Assembly: GCA_002633005.1 (NCBI GenBank)
Contig: NMRA01000002.1
Coordinates: forward strand, 1,953,023-2,017,022
Reading direction: 5' to 3'
Origin: Phoronis australis
Taxonomy: Eukaryota; Animalia; Phoronida
DNA: 64,000 nt
The notes below the pieces were generated by a model. The model did not search any database and was not told the origin of the DNA. It saw only the letters and a list, made by a program, of their open reading frames with translations. A program made the translations under genes and the position numbers. Of the stretch, positions 52,001-64,000 are shown in pieces (the stretch's first letter is position 1; each line of letters begins with the position of its first letter).

Positions 52001-52933
52001 ACGATATTTTGCGACACGATTCCTAGAACCAACCCGTCATTGCTTAAATGAGACCAATGTAGTAACACGCTTTCTTACTACCAAGATTTCTGTCTCAGGT
52101 TGCAGTTTGAGAAAAAAATGTTTTTCATCACTGCAATTAAAAGACTTCTGTTTCAATTAGCCCATGTTCCCTTCAAGAACCAAATATTTGACTTGAAGGG
52201 CCTTTCCCACTAACATGGATGCTTCGGTGTTTAGGGTAGCATCAGTCAGTGGAAACGCTTAAATTCGGTCTTGGATAGAAGTTAACACCTCAAGTTTTCT
52301 TAGCAAGAAGTAGGTGGATTTAACTATGAACCGTTGACACATCCGTGGAAGTTATCAGCAAGGTTCACTGCTGTGACAATGGTAAAGTTGTGATGGTAGT
52401 GCCATTTAGTGATAACCAAATGTCTTTTAACTCCAGAAGATAATAGGAAAGCCGAAGTTCACTTCGAACTCGTGTTAGTAAGGGATTTGCCGGGAATTGT
52501 AAACTTCGCCTTAACTTGTTCCTTACTTTTGTAACAAGTGATTTCTGTTTTGGGAAAGAACTGTAAGTATTGAACGAGACCATTCTTGGTAGATAGGATG
52601 ACGAGCCATGACAAACTTGTAGCGCCTCCTCTTAAGCTCGATAATAAACTGTCCGTTCTTTCAAAGCCTTGAAATCACCTCCAATTTGTCAGGGGTACAA
52701 TTTGAGACCAAAATTTTCATAATGGAAAGAGCTGGAAGTCAAAAGTTGGTTTTCATGATAGTTGCTGTAAATTTCTTATAGTTCAAAGTGCAACTTGCAG
52801 GCTGATTCTTTATCTAGACATTATTGCTGGTTTAAATTCGTTAGAAACGCAACATGTAGCGAGGATGTGAATGTGAACTATGTTGAAAATTGCCGAATGT
52901 TTCTAAGAACAAGTTTTGTGTCGAAAATGATTC

Positions 52934-53108
52934 GCCGTAAATCATTCAACCGTGTCCAGTATTTAGTATCACGACGTAACGTGGTGTTGGGGAATAACAC
53001 TGCATGATGCGGGCTCATATTGACCTGCCGTAAATCATTCATCCGTGTCCACTATTTAATATCGCGACGCGATGTGGTGTTGGGGAATAACACTGCATGA
53101 TGTGGACT
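52934..53108. repeat. Two-copy tandem repeat, 93-bp period
   Basis: GCCGTAAATCATTCA...GTGGTGTTGGGGAATAACACTGCATGATG starting at 52934 and 53027. Confidence 0.85.
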
Positions 53109-55826
53109 GTATGATCCCTCAAGTAACGTCATTAGTGCAAAGGTCACCTATTTGCAGAATTTTTTGTTTTCACATTTACAAGTTGCCAATGAATACAACT
53201 GCACTTTGTTTAGCGTAGATGATGTTCAAATAGCGTTGTCATTTAATTCCTGTTATACATTTACATCTTAGTCAGGAGCATGGAAATGCATCTTCAAGGC
53301 CTCTCTTGTACATTCTTTAAAACTCTGAATAGTTGGTCTGAAGCAGGAAATTATATAACTCTGCATGAAGGTGTCTAGAAAATTGATGTTTAACCTGTAG
53401 TCATTGGTAGCTAAGTGGAGAGAGAGGGAACACTCATGGTTCCTATGACCCTTTACTGTGAATTGCTGGACTGCCCTTTACTGGGTTGTCTCAGATGTGG
53501 TTACTACCCATGTGGCCCTGTATAAAATGTGTTGTTTTGACATAATATAAATAAACCAGGTATTGACTTGATTGATTTAACCCTAATGATTCAGGCTCAG
53601 GTAGTGATTTTCTGAGCACTGAACAAAGTACTGGAGGGAGTCTGTTTTGGGTATTGTGGTTACCACAGGATGTTTTTAAGTGGCAGTTATTGTTTGGGTT
53701 CCAAATGGAATTATTGTGAGCTACATCTGTTTGTTAACTATTGAGATTGAGAATGATTTCTTGGTTTGAGATGAACTCACACTTTATACCATCACAGATC
53801 AGAGATTGCTAACAATTTTTACTTAAAAGTAAATGGTGGATTGTTTAGTGGCTTATTGGTTTGGTATTTGAATACCGGTAGATTGTTTATGAGACATTTT
53901 GAAAATTGAATTATTAGCCAGGGGATATATATGCCATGGCCAGTAACTGATGATCAATACAACATTTAACTGATTTCAGATTTGTGAAAATTGAACAAGT
54001 GGAGTTGACTGTGAAATTTTATGAACTGCAGTATAAAAAATGAGTTGTGTGCCCTTAATACAATAGTGTTACCTGTCTCTGGTAACTTGAAAAGCTGACC
54101 GCATTTTTAACTAAAAAGCTTTCACTGTGTTGTGCAGTACACTTATTTCTTGGTGATGGAAAATAGCTATTGGCTTTTGAATGGAATCAAACTGCTTCTT
54201 ACTAATACCCTTTAGCAGGCTACAATAGGGGCTCTATTCAAGAATTGGTTTTGGTTGCAGCCTGTATTTCACAACTTAAGCTAGGAAACAAAGCAAAGAA
54301 TAGGCACCCATGAAAGGCAACTAGTTTTCAGCTTAACAGCTAACAGAGACTGTTTTCTTTAGTGAAGTTGTGTATTTATGTTCACAAATAAACTGGGTTG
54401 GTGGATTGAGTTTATTCATGTTTGGCACTAGCCACCTACCTCCAGGCAGTTAAATCATAGTTTCTAATGTGTTAGGTTTTAGGGTAATCTCTCTTCAATT
54501 TCAAGATTAAATATTTGCCAAAATTGCTGTTTTCAAAGACTGATTACAATGTTAAAGTGCCCAAAATGTTTTGATGTCTGATGACGAATCATGTTAATAC
54601 ACGCCAAGTTTTTCTCAACTTCTACTTTTGTATGGAAATTCCACAAAATAACGTTTCATGTGATTGTCTACCATATTGTGTGGTTAGAAATTGAAGGCTG
54701 TTTTTCTGTAATTCAACATTATAGGTGTATTTTTATATTTTAAGGACTTATGTCACACGGGTCGAGACTGTTGCCCAGGACACTTAATTTGGGAAGCTCA
54801 AAAATGAAGGAGTGGGCAAGCATTAGCATTTCACCCAAACGGCAGATTGCTTGCACTAGTGGCTGCACCATTTTTTGTATGCAAATACAATATTATTAGG
54901 ATGCGGGTGAACCAAAAGAGCAATTTCACATCTCCTTCAGTAAAGAGTGGTTATTTTTGCACCCAAAAATTTTTTAAGATCAGGACTTGCTTAAACTGAC
55001 AGTTTGAAAACCATTTCTGTATGTTTTGGGAGTTTTAATTCTCACGAGAGTTTTGTACAAATACACTGGGACTTTTAAGAAAGTTTCAATCTGATAAATT
55101 GTGGGTGAGCGTTTAGCCTCACACAGATGTTTAATAGTGTAAACCAAACATGTTTTAACCCAGGTGAGTGTGGAATGTGAATAGTTTCAGTTATTTAAAG
55201 TTTCAATCTAGTACTCCTTATCTTACATAATTCAAAAAATGAGAAATGAAATTTTGTTTTTCGTCCATATTGTGTACAAATTGATGAGCGCTAGTATGCA
55301 ATTTTCAAGAAAATCGTTCATGCTCGTATTTGCCACAGAATGACGTGTTAACCTGTCAACAACTTGTAAATATATTCAAACCAAACAGTCAACTTAGATT
55401 TAGTTTGCTAGGTACCCACTGTCTATCTCTGACATTGGTATTCACTAATACCAGAAGACCTGATTGCAAATGGTGATTGAGTTACTTATAATATTAGCCT
55501 TCAGGGCTGTAAGCTTATCATTCCATTGTGTACCAGAAGTCAAGATTACATATCAATCTTCAAAAATCTCCTTACTACAGGATTTCAGCTTATTTTAAAC
55601 AATATGATTTAAAGAAATTCTTTGGAACAACTGTTTTCATTTCATTCTTAATTCGAGCGATTAATTTTCGGTATGGGAAGTTTGCCATATTGAAGTTCCA
55701 GACTTTTTTCAAGTTTCATGAATCCTATTAGTGTTACGGTATGATTTCATTTGGAAGTATGAAAATCGGATTAATTTTGTGTTTTCTAACTAAAAAAATT
55801 CATGAACTGTTTTTTTATAAACTTAG

Positions 55827-56510
<684 letters not shown>

Positions 56511-56570
56511 TGACACTGTAAACCAAGATGGTACCTTAATTTACAGTAATATCGTGCAAGTCACTGGTGA

Positions 56571-56690
56571 GTGCAACATTGCAACGTGCAAATACCCTAC
56601 ACATCACTGATTGGTGCAATATTGCAACTTGCAAATACCTTGCAAGTCTCTGCTGGGTGCAACATTGTAACGTGCAAATACCCCGCAACA
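56571..56690. repeat. Three-copy degenerate minisatellite (about 43-bp period)
   Basis: GTGCAA(C/T)ATTG(C/T)AAC(G/T)TGCAAATACC occurs three times. Confidence 0.7.
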
Positions 56691-58790
56691 GTGACAATGC
56701 TGTCCTTGTAGAGAAGAGCAAAGAAATCATCAGGGTCCTGCATTTTAGTCACAACTAGCTGCGTTTGTACCCGAGCATCCCACTTGAATGACCTTAACAC
56801 TTCATTTGGCAGTGTTGCACTCCAGTGAACAGCAAGACCAAATGAGAGGTTTTCAGGTGAAATGACAATAGAAGACCGATCAGATTGCATGCGAGCGAGC
56901 GATACAATTTATTCACATGGAATTGGAACACCTGAATTTTTTTGGTGTCCACACTGCACATGAATAACAGATGCGATAATGACATCGTATGACTGAAAAA
57001 TGAAAGGATTCATTCCTGCATTATCACACTCCTTGAATAAATAATGCCACAAAAATTTTGATCTGACTGAAAAAAAATATTTACTTCATTTTTTAAAGCA
57101 GCATTTGCGTCCCCAATCTTTAACATAACATTACAAGAACTACCGTATGCAGTCTTTCTGGATGGCATGCTTGGAATAGTTTAATTACACACTTGGTAGT
57201 TCACCACACGAAATATGAAATTCGCCATATTATTTATCGTAATCTATTTTGTCTGGGGTACACCACGAGCTATGTTGCAGAGTAAAACAAGAATAGGATT
57301 ATGAATAATGCCATTTATTATGACGTAAGTAAAGGAAATGAAGAAGACTGTGCAAGATGAGCATGGAAAAACGCCACCGGCGTGTACTATGAATTGCCCT
57401 TAATGATGGAGCCAAAACAAAAGACTTGAGAACTGCCTGAAGGGCCTAAAGAAAATGTACAAAGAAATGATTATAAACAAACAAACAAAAAACTTGAAAA
57501 AGGCCTAATAGGTAATGTATAATGAGAAAATTTTTTGAACGGACAATTTAATAAATCAAACGCAACAACAGTATAAATTCTTTGCCGGCTATTGTTTGCA
57601 TGCTAGAATTTTTGCACTCAATGTGATCGCCCATTGATGCGACATTGCACAGCAAATTCATGTGCTCGCGTGCAGTTTGGCCAGACCTTTAGATATGCAT
57701 CCCGTTTTAAATGTTTAATGATTCTTGTCTACACATAAACTCTGTTGGCTTTTAAATCGGTATCCTGTTCTAATTTGTAAACTCAGGGAAGGATAAAATT
57801 TTCACATTCATAATAAACTAGTAGATATTCTCATTGGACATTATACGCACTCAGCTTAGGGGGTATATTTCTCTGAAATTAAGGACTTTTTATCATAACA
57901 GTAGGCGCGTGGAAGATGAAACATGAAGTGTAAATTGGCATGGAAATTGATTTATTTCAATGCTTACAAAAACATTTTCGAAGAAATTAGCATTCATAAA
58001 CTAGCAATACTTAAACATCCACATTTTTGTCATCAACAGTTAAAGACATGTTCACTAAGTCACTTATAAGGATACTGAACCCGTTTTTGGCCTATTAACA
58101 GATATTAACTTTGACTTCCCCATCCAGCTGTCTAAAACAAAGTTGAATGATCGTTTGTTGTGATCGTGTTTCATGAATTAGGGGGGGGGGGGGGGGNGAC
58201 AAGCTCTGTCCTTGAACAAAATAATTTTTCACTGTCTCAAGCTACAGAATTTTCACAGTAATGCTTAACCCTCAGTTTGGAACAAATTTTGAAAACTCCT
58301 TACAAATTATGCTAACCCGTAAGCCTGACCTAGGCTTGAGGTGAATTACACAACTTGAGGGAAAGACCACCTAACAAAAACCATAATATTGGTCTGTGAC
58401 GTAGTTAGTGAGTACCTGTTAGGTGAATTCTGCTTTTATCATTCCATGGTGCATTAGCAAGGGACATAACTGGTTGAAATTACCAAAACGGAGTTTAGTA
58501 TCCTTTTAACTATGAGTGGTATATACACCTTTATAACTTTCCATTAAGAAAAAGGATTCAAGTATGATTACACATTTTCAGAGGCTCGAAAATCTGTACA
58601 ACAAAATAAAAAATGAGACAGTTTAATTAGACACAGGAAATAGAACACTAGAAACGTTTACTCTAATTATTTCATAATTTCATAACTTAAATTATTTCTT
58701 CTAACAAATAGAAAATCAAAAAACAAGACCCGTTGCCCAACACAGTACTCCTACTAGTTATGTACCGTTCTTGTGGACATACAGTTTAAC

Positions 58791-60329
58791 TTATGTGTTA
58801 AAAACCATTGTGAATTGCCAAATTTGGAAATATGTGTGCTGTGATTCCATTGGCAAGCATTGTTGAGCCATGACAATTTGCCTCTCAGCAGTGTCGGGGT
58901 ATGGGTCAGTTACATGCGTCATACACGACTCACTGTTTCTCAGCTGTCCGTGTTCATTGTACATCCATATCTGTTTTCTGTCTTCCGAACTGCAGTCAAT
59001 GAAACTAATGTACCAATTGTCACCATATGAAGCACAGAGGTTATTATGCATCAGTCTGCCCTCTTTTGTCAGTCGTATAATTTGATGCTGGTTCAATACT
59101 GAACATAATTTGCTGGCGACAAGAACACGTTCGGCGTTCAACTGGAAACATGTCCGACTTCCCTCAGTCCTCATCTGACCGTATGCTCTTAATCCTGGTG
59201 GAGGTACACCAAAGGGGTCATTTGCCACTTTGTTGATGTACCAATCAAAATCTTTGCATTGAAGTGCATTGTGGGTAATTTTGGCAAATTTTTGGTTGTC
59301 ATTTGACTCGAGTTGTTTACCTGAGGCTAGAAGTAAATGCTTGTACTTTCTGACAAGTCTCTGCTCAAGAACTGCTTCTGTTCTGGAGTCAACAGTTTCT
59401 GATGGAAACAACAGTGGAGCAGTCACTCTGGAACAGGATGTGGTAACAATACCCCCGCCACACCTCCAAATGGCTGTGCTGAACATCAGCACACTGGTGA
59501 AAGGTTGGCCGCTATTTAACTTAATCAATCGGGTGGCATACATTTTGTGAATGGCAAACACTCTGCTATCTATTGCTGACATTGAGATTGGCTGAGCTTC
59601 ACTGGTTAAGTGAATACGTTCATTGTAAGCTAGTTCATATGGCACAGGTTTCAATGTCCAACTGAACATCATTTTAATCATCTTTGGTGACTGCCACTGG
59701 TGGCTGATTTCGTAACTAAGTTGGTCCACCTGTGACACCGCTACTGTGTTTTCATGGTCCTTCATAGTCATCACCAGCGGTTCTAGCCAACCTCTATTGA
59801 CCACCATGGCAGCGTCGAGAAAAACCAAGATAGGTCCCTTTGCCTCAGGTACTGTGAGCAGTTTTTGTTGAAATGTATTCACTGTCAATTGGCTACTGAA
59901 AGGAAGAAAATGCATTTTGAGTGTCTTAAATTTTCGTTTAAGAATTTTGCCAATACCTCCATCAGCATGTGAGATAATTACCATGACTTCACTCATTAGT
60001 GCAGTAGGAGTGTTGGTGAAGATACTTTCCAAAGTTCGTGTGATGGAGTCAACAGTTTTGTTGAATGCCATGACGACAATTGTAGATTTGAGGAGCCCTT
60101 CTGAATAAATCTGTTGACACTCTTCTGGCCTTGTGTCCACTGGCCATCTCATAACTTGGAATTCCCTACTTTCTGCTACTGTTTGATCTTTTCCACTATT
60201 CTCCCCAGAGAATGCCTTTACTCCATGTCCATGTCCTTCTTGATTCAAGCAAATGAGAAAAATAATCCAAATGGACACAAAAAGTGCCATCCAAAGTCCC
60301 CTTCTTCTCCATACTCTTGTTTTCAACAT
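58791..60329 (-). CDS. Intronless polypeptide N-acetylgalactosaminyltransferase-like protein (GT27 fold plus ricin-B lectin), probably catalytically inactive; 512 aa
   Basis: First in-frame ATG at 60329 (the track start 60359 is a GTG; in-frame TAA at 60377-60375). Type II TM segment GLWMALFVSIWIIFLICL; motifs PVDTRPEEC, ITRTLESIF, GPILVFLDA, GWLEPL, IWRCGG..CSRV, CKDFDWYI; ricin QxW repeats (KQIW, FQIW). Confidence 0.88.
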   Translation of the reverse strand: MLKTRVWRRRGLWMALFVSIWIIFLICLNQEGHGHGVKAFSGENSGKDQTVAESREFQVMRWPVDTRPEECQQIYSEGLLKSTIVVMAFNKTVDSITRTLESIFTNTPTALMSEVMVIISHADGGIGKILKRKFKTLKMHFLPFSSQLTVNTFQQKLLTVPEAKGPILVFLDAAMVVNRGWLEPLVMTMKDHENTVAVSQVDQLSYEISHQWQSPKMIKMMFSWTLKPVPYELAYNERIHLTSEAQPISMSAIDSRVFAIHKMYATRLIKLNSGQPFTSVLMFSTAIWRCGGGIVTTSCSRVTAPLLFPSETVDSRTEAVLEQRLVRKYKHLLLASGKQLESNDNQKFAKITHNALQCKDFDWYINKVANDPFGVPPPGLRAYGQMRTEGSRTCFQLNAERVLVASKLCSVLNQHQIIRLTKEGRLMHNNLCASYGDNWYISFIDCSSEDRKQIWMYNEHGQLRNSESCMTHVTDPYPDTAERQIVMAQQCLPMESQHTYFQIWQFTMVFNT

Positions 60330-63326
60330 AGCTGCCCCCTTAGTGGTCTTTCTTGTCACTGTACTGGTCTCTTGTTAGTAGGTTGTTCCATCATTATGTA
60401 AACAGGCATGTGGTCTTTTGTTAGCTTGGCAGGATTATTGTTGTTTGGTTGTGCACTGGGAGAATAATTACTAGAAGCCTGTGTCAATGGAACTGAAAGC
60501 TTGCTAGCCTCCTATGGTCACTTTATTGTGGTTGACTTTTGTTTGAAAGCCTTGAATGGCATTGCTTTTGTGCAGAGGGCATCTAGTTCAGGAGTTTGAA
60601 CCCTATCTTGCCTCCAGCATACAGTAATAACTGGTGTTTTTTGGATATATCAATGACATAAAGAAATACACCTTGTTGCTAGATAGCGATAAAATAGCTG
60701 TAGACAGCAGTCTGCATTCTTATGGGGGGTTTGATGCACTGAGTTTTCCAAGCGTTTTGCTATTATTTGTTTGCAGACATCATGCTGTCGTATTGCTACT
60801 GCTGTGCGGTGGCATATCTAAACGGTTCACATGAAACTGTAGAACTTCTTAAATTGTAAATGACCAAAAGAAATTACACGGGCTTGCATGCCAGAGTTAA
60901 AAATTGTGCTCTCGCATTACTAAAGATTTGTTTATCGAATGGTTGTTTGTCATTACGTGGCACAAAATCGTTGAAAACTTTTGTATTTTTAAACGGTTGG
61001 CTGTCTTGTTACAAATTTTTGCTCTGGTTGTTTTAAAAAACATAGGATTGATGTTTAATAGTTTTTGTTGAAAAATCAACTGAATTAGATCTTTTATTTT
61101 CCATCATACAGTGAATTAAAAATATGCTTTCTTTCTGTATTTTATTATGCTACCACATGCATTTGTTCCTGTTTTGTTCTTATTCGCTTTTCAATTGACA
61201 TCAAATTTGTACCAAACGTACATTGCTCAATGACTTTGATCAAAATTATTTCTTGACTTATATCTGGTGGACTCTTTATGGGGTTTCATGGCATGGTAAT
61301 GATGACATGGTCCTACATTTCAACTCCAGTCAGCCAATACATTAATGTAAACACACTAAACTGTTGTCTACAAATAAACACCCAATGCAGAGTTTTTGTT
61401 GATGTCTTATTTTTCCATGAAATTTTATACTAACTTTTCACGAGGAATTCAGTTTCAGAAACCAAACGCATTTAAAAAAATTACCACTATTTTTATTGTC
61501 ACGAAGACATGGCTTGTGATAATTGCCTTGTACAACACAATAAGAGCTCAGATCAACTTTTGTGATTCCACTGCCTCCGAAGTTTCAGTATTACCGAAGC
61601 TTCGGTCAGTGGGAACACTTAACTTTGATCTTTTATTGAAGTTAACAGCTCAAGTTAACTCCAAAGTTTAGTGGGGGATTTATCAGCAAAGCGTCTATGC
61701 TTCTCTATGTTGAAAACACTTAACTTCGATGCCATCAGAATTATTGGCAGGTGTCACTGTGTTTGCCAACAGAGTAACTGGTTAATATTAGTAAATATTT
61801 TGTTCCAATATTTGTTACTTAGGCAGTATAAACATTCTGTTTCAATTTGTCCATGTGCTTGCTGGTTTCTTTCCTTAAAAAATAATAAAAATCACTGAAC
61901 AATTTGTGTACGCAAAATGAGTCCCTGCTGAATGTCATACCGTATTTACACGCATCAGCTGCAAGCCGCAAATCTCCAATTTTCTGTTAAATGTCTCAAC
62001 GTGACACCCTATTGGTTGCCTTCTGAAGTTGGCATCCTGGTGTCTATGTGACGAGAAGGGGAGGTCCTTGCCACTTTGGATGGCAAGGACAATAACAGTA
62101 AGGCTTACAAATGAACGTGTAAGGGCCGAATGAGATAAACTATTTATACCCGGTATATAGCTCATTGGTCAGGCCATGGTCATATTGGCGCTGCAGCGCA
62201 ATAGCTTTGCCGAACTATAACTCCTAAGTTGATGTGAACATTCGCACTCAACTTCGGGGTAAACCACAGCAAACATCGAAGCTTCCATTGTAGTGATGGT
62301 AACTGAATGGGAAAGAGCCTTTGCACTGATTCCCCCTGTATGATGTAGATAAACAACTACAAGATACCACTGAACGGCCTGGTTCTCTAGTGGTTTAGAA
62401 GTCTTTGAAAAATAAAAATTATGAATTCGGGTAATTATTTTTGGCCAAAAATTTCTGAGATTTTGCTGTTGTATGCAATGACCCTGATTCATTACAATCT
62501 TTTTATTCATGGTACCCCAGCCATTCCACGCCAGTCTGAGACTAAACACAACAGATGGCTGGCTAGTACCGATTTTTTGCTGGTATCAGGTAAATGTTTT
62601 TTTATCTTTTTTCTTTGTTGAAGTTTGTAAACCCTGCCAAATTAAAGGGTTTGGTTGCTAGCTACTAGTAAATCTTATCTTCATAAATCTTGTCTGGCAT
62701 TCGGGGGGGGGGGGGTTCAAGGCCATCGCTATGAAATATGAACTCGTCACTGATTTATATTAATGTGTTGACATGGTTTTGGAATGTGATGTCAACAACT
62801 TTTTGCTGATCCTAACTATTGCAGCACCTCCTGTGGGCTAGATCTTGCAACAGGCAAAACTTCATTGCCTTCGCGCTAGTATTTATTTTCAAGACTACAT
62901 TAATATTCTTATTTTTGTGAGTAGCGTGAGTAGAAGAACCGTAACGTAAATAAGTCGCTCGACTTATCTGCTCCATCCACGACTTGCACCATGTGCAATC
63001 TTTTAGTTACTTATCTATGTATTTTACTGCATGTTTTACATTTTACACGAACTTCGCCAAATAAATCTTTTCTATTTTTTATCTTAAATGATTGTCTCAC
63101 TAGTCCAACTGTATTACATGAAATCACCGACTTTCCTATTTCTACTGATCGCTATGCATCAACTTGGCTATGTGTAGGTTATTCCAGTAGTGTCAGAATA
63201 TTAATGGACATTATTATGCAATTTACCTTTATTACAAAGTACTTAAATAACCTAGCTGGTATGATATGTAGTGGGTGCTAGATAGGGAAATCAATCGGCC
63301 TATTGTTTTGGCACGCACTGCCTGCT

Positions 63327-63340
63327 GTAACCATGGCAAC
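63327..63340. promoter_or_regulatory. Consensus X-box (RFX site)
   Basis: GTAACCATGGCAAC matches GTNRCC-AT-RGYAAC exactly. Confidence 0.55.
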
Positions 63341-64000
63341 CAAGCCTGTGACAGTCAATACCTGTATATTGTTAACATTCACTTTAGATTTTCATTCATG
63401 AATCTTATCCAGTAGTTCATCTGTTTTACCGGAGGAGTTATTGCACGTCTTGGTATTTTACATTAGAATTAAGTTTTTACCATCTTGTCATATCAGAATC
63501 TTTCATGGTATTATTACGTAACTTGAATAGCACTGGAAGTTTTTATATCATTTCACTTTTATTTTCCCATTCAACAATTGCTTTATTTTGAATATGGTAC
63601 CTACGTTTTATGATGAAATTAATTTTGTCCCTAGAAAAATTCTGACAATTTTTGGTGAGTCAGAAGCTTTTTGTATAAATTTTGGAAAGATTAGAGGTTT
63701 AGAATTTTTGGTATTGACTAGTTATAGTATGCTGTAAGACCTTTAGCTAAAATTATATGTGACAGGTCAAGTCACACCTCACCTTGATTGCACTTATTGT
63801 ATTCTCACCTCATTGAGTGATAATGTTTTGGTTATTGGTTGACATTACACTCTGTTTGATATGACAACATCTACTGAAGACAGGATTATTTTCTTTTGTA
63901 TTCCCCTGCATTCCAGAATGTTTATTTCCAATATTGTCAAGTTGACTTTAAAGTTCATCTGGTTCAATAGAGTCACTGTATGTAGTACATAAAGAATTAG

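Noticed and set aside
52934-53108. 93-bp repeats considered as a CRISPR-like array or tandem ncRNA genes
   Set aside because: Only two contiguous copies, no spacers, eukaryotic intron context and no ncRNA boxes.

Overview
Invertebrate animal (eukaryotic, intron-rich) genomic DNA. The ORF track is mostly noise because the real genes are spliced. I can support four protein-coding loci. (1) First coding exon of a secreted neuregulin-2/vein-like growth factor (minus, 4501-4936), with a CArG/CRE/CCAAT/GC promoter and about 21 kb of upstream sequence in which I recognise no gene. (2) A complete SRSF7/9G8-like SR splicing factor (minus, ATG 46040 to stop 29047, about 406 aa), reconstructed exon by exon by hand. 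It has two tandem 78-nt candidate mutually exclusive exons encoding alternative RNP1 halves of the RRM, 47 nt apart. It also has a zinc-knuckle exon, candidate poison exons, and an RS/K-rich tail built from 14 frame-symmetric phase-2 microexons (39-66 nt), three of them recently duplicated as a block. (3) First coding exon of a CDKL2/3-like kinase (plus, 56109-56276), head-to-head with the SR gene. (4) An intronless GALNT-like ORF that has lost its catalytic motifs (minus, 58791-60329), apparently nested antisense in the CDKL intron. There are also several MITEs (two with 8-bp TSDs), small tandem repeats, X-box motifs, a CpG mosaic suggesting gene-body methylation, and a probable false duplication at an N. 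Family assignments come from recalled motifs, not database searches.
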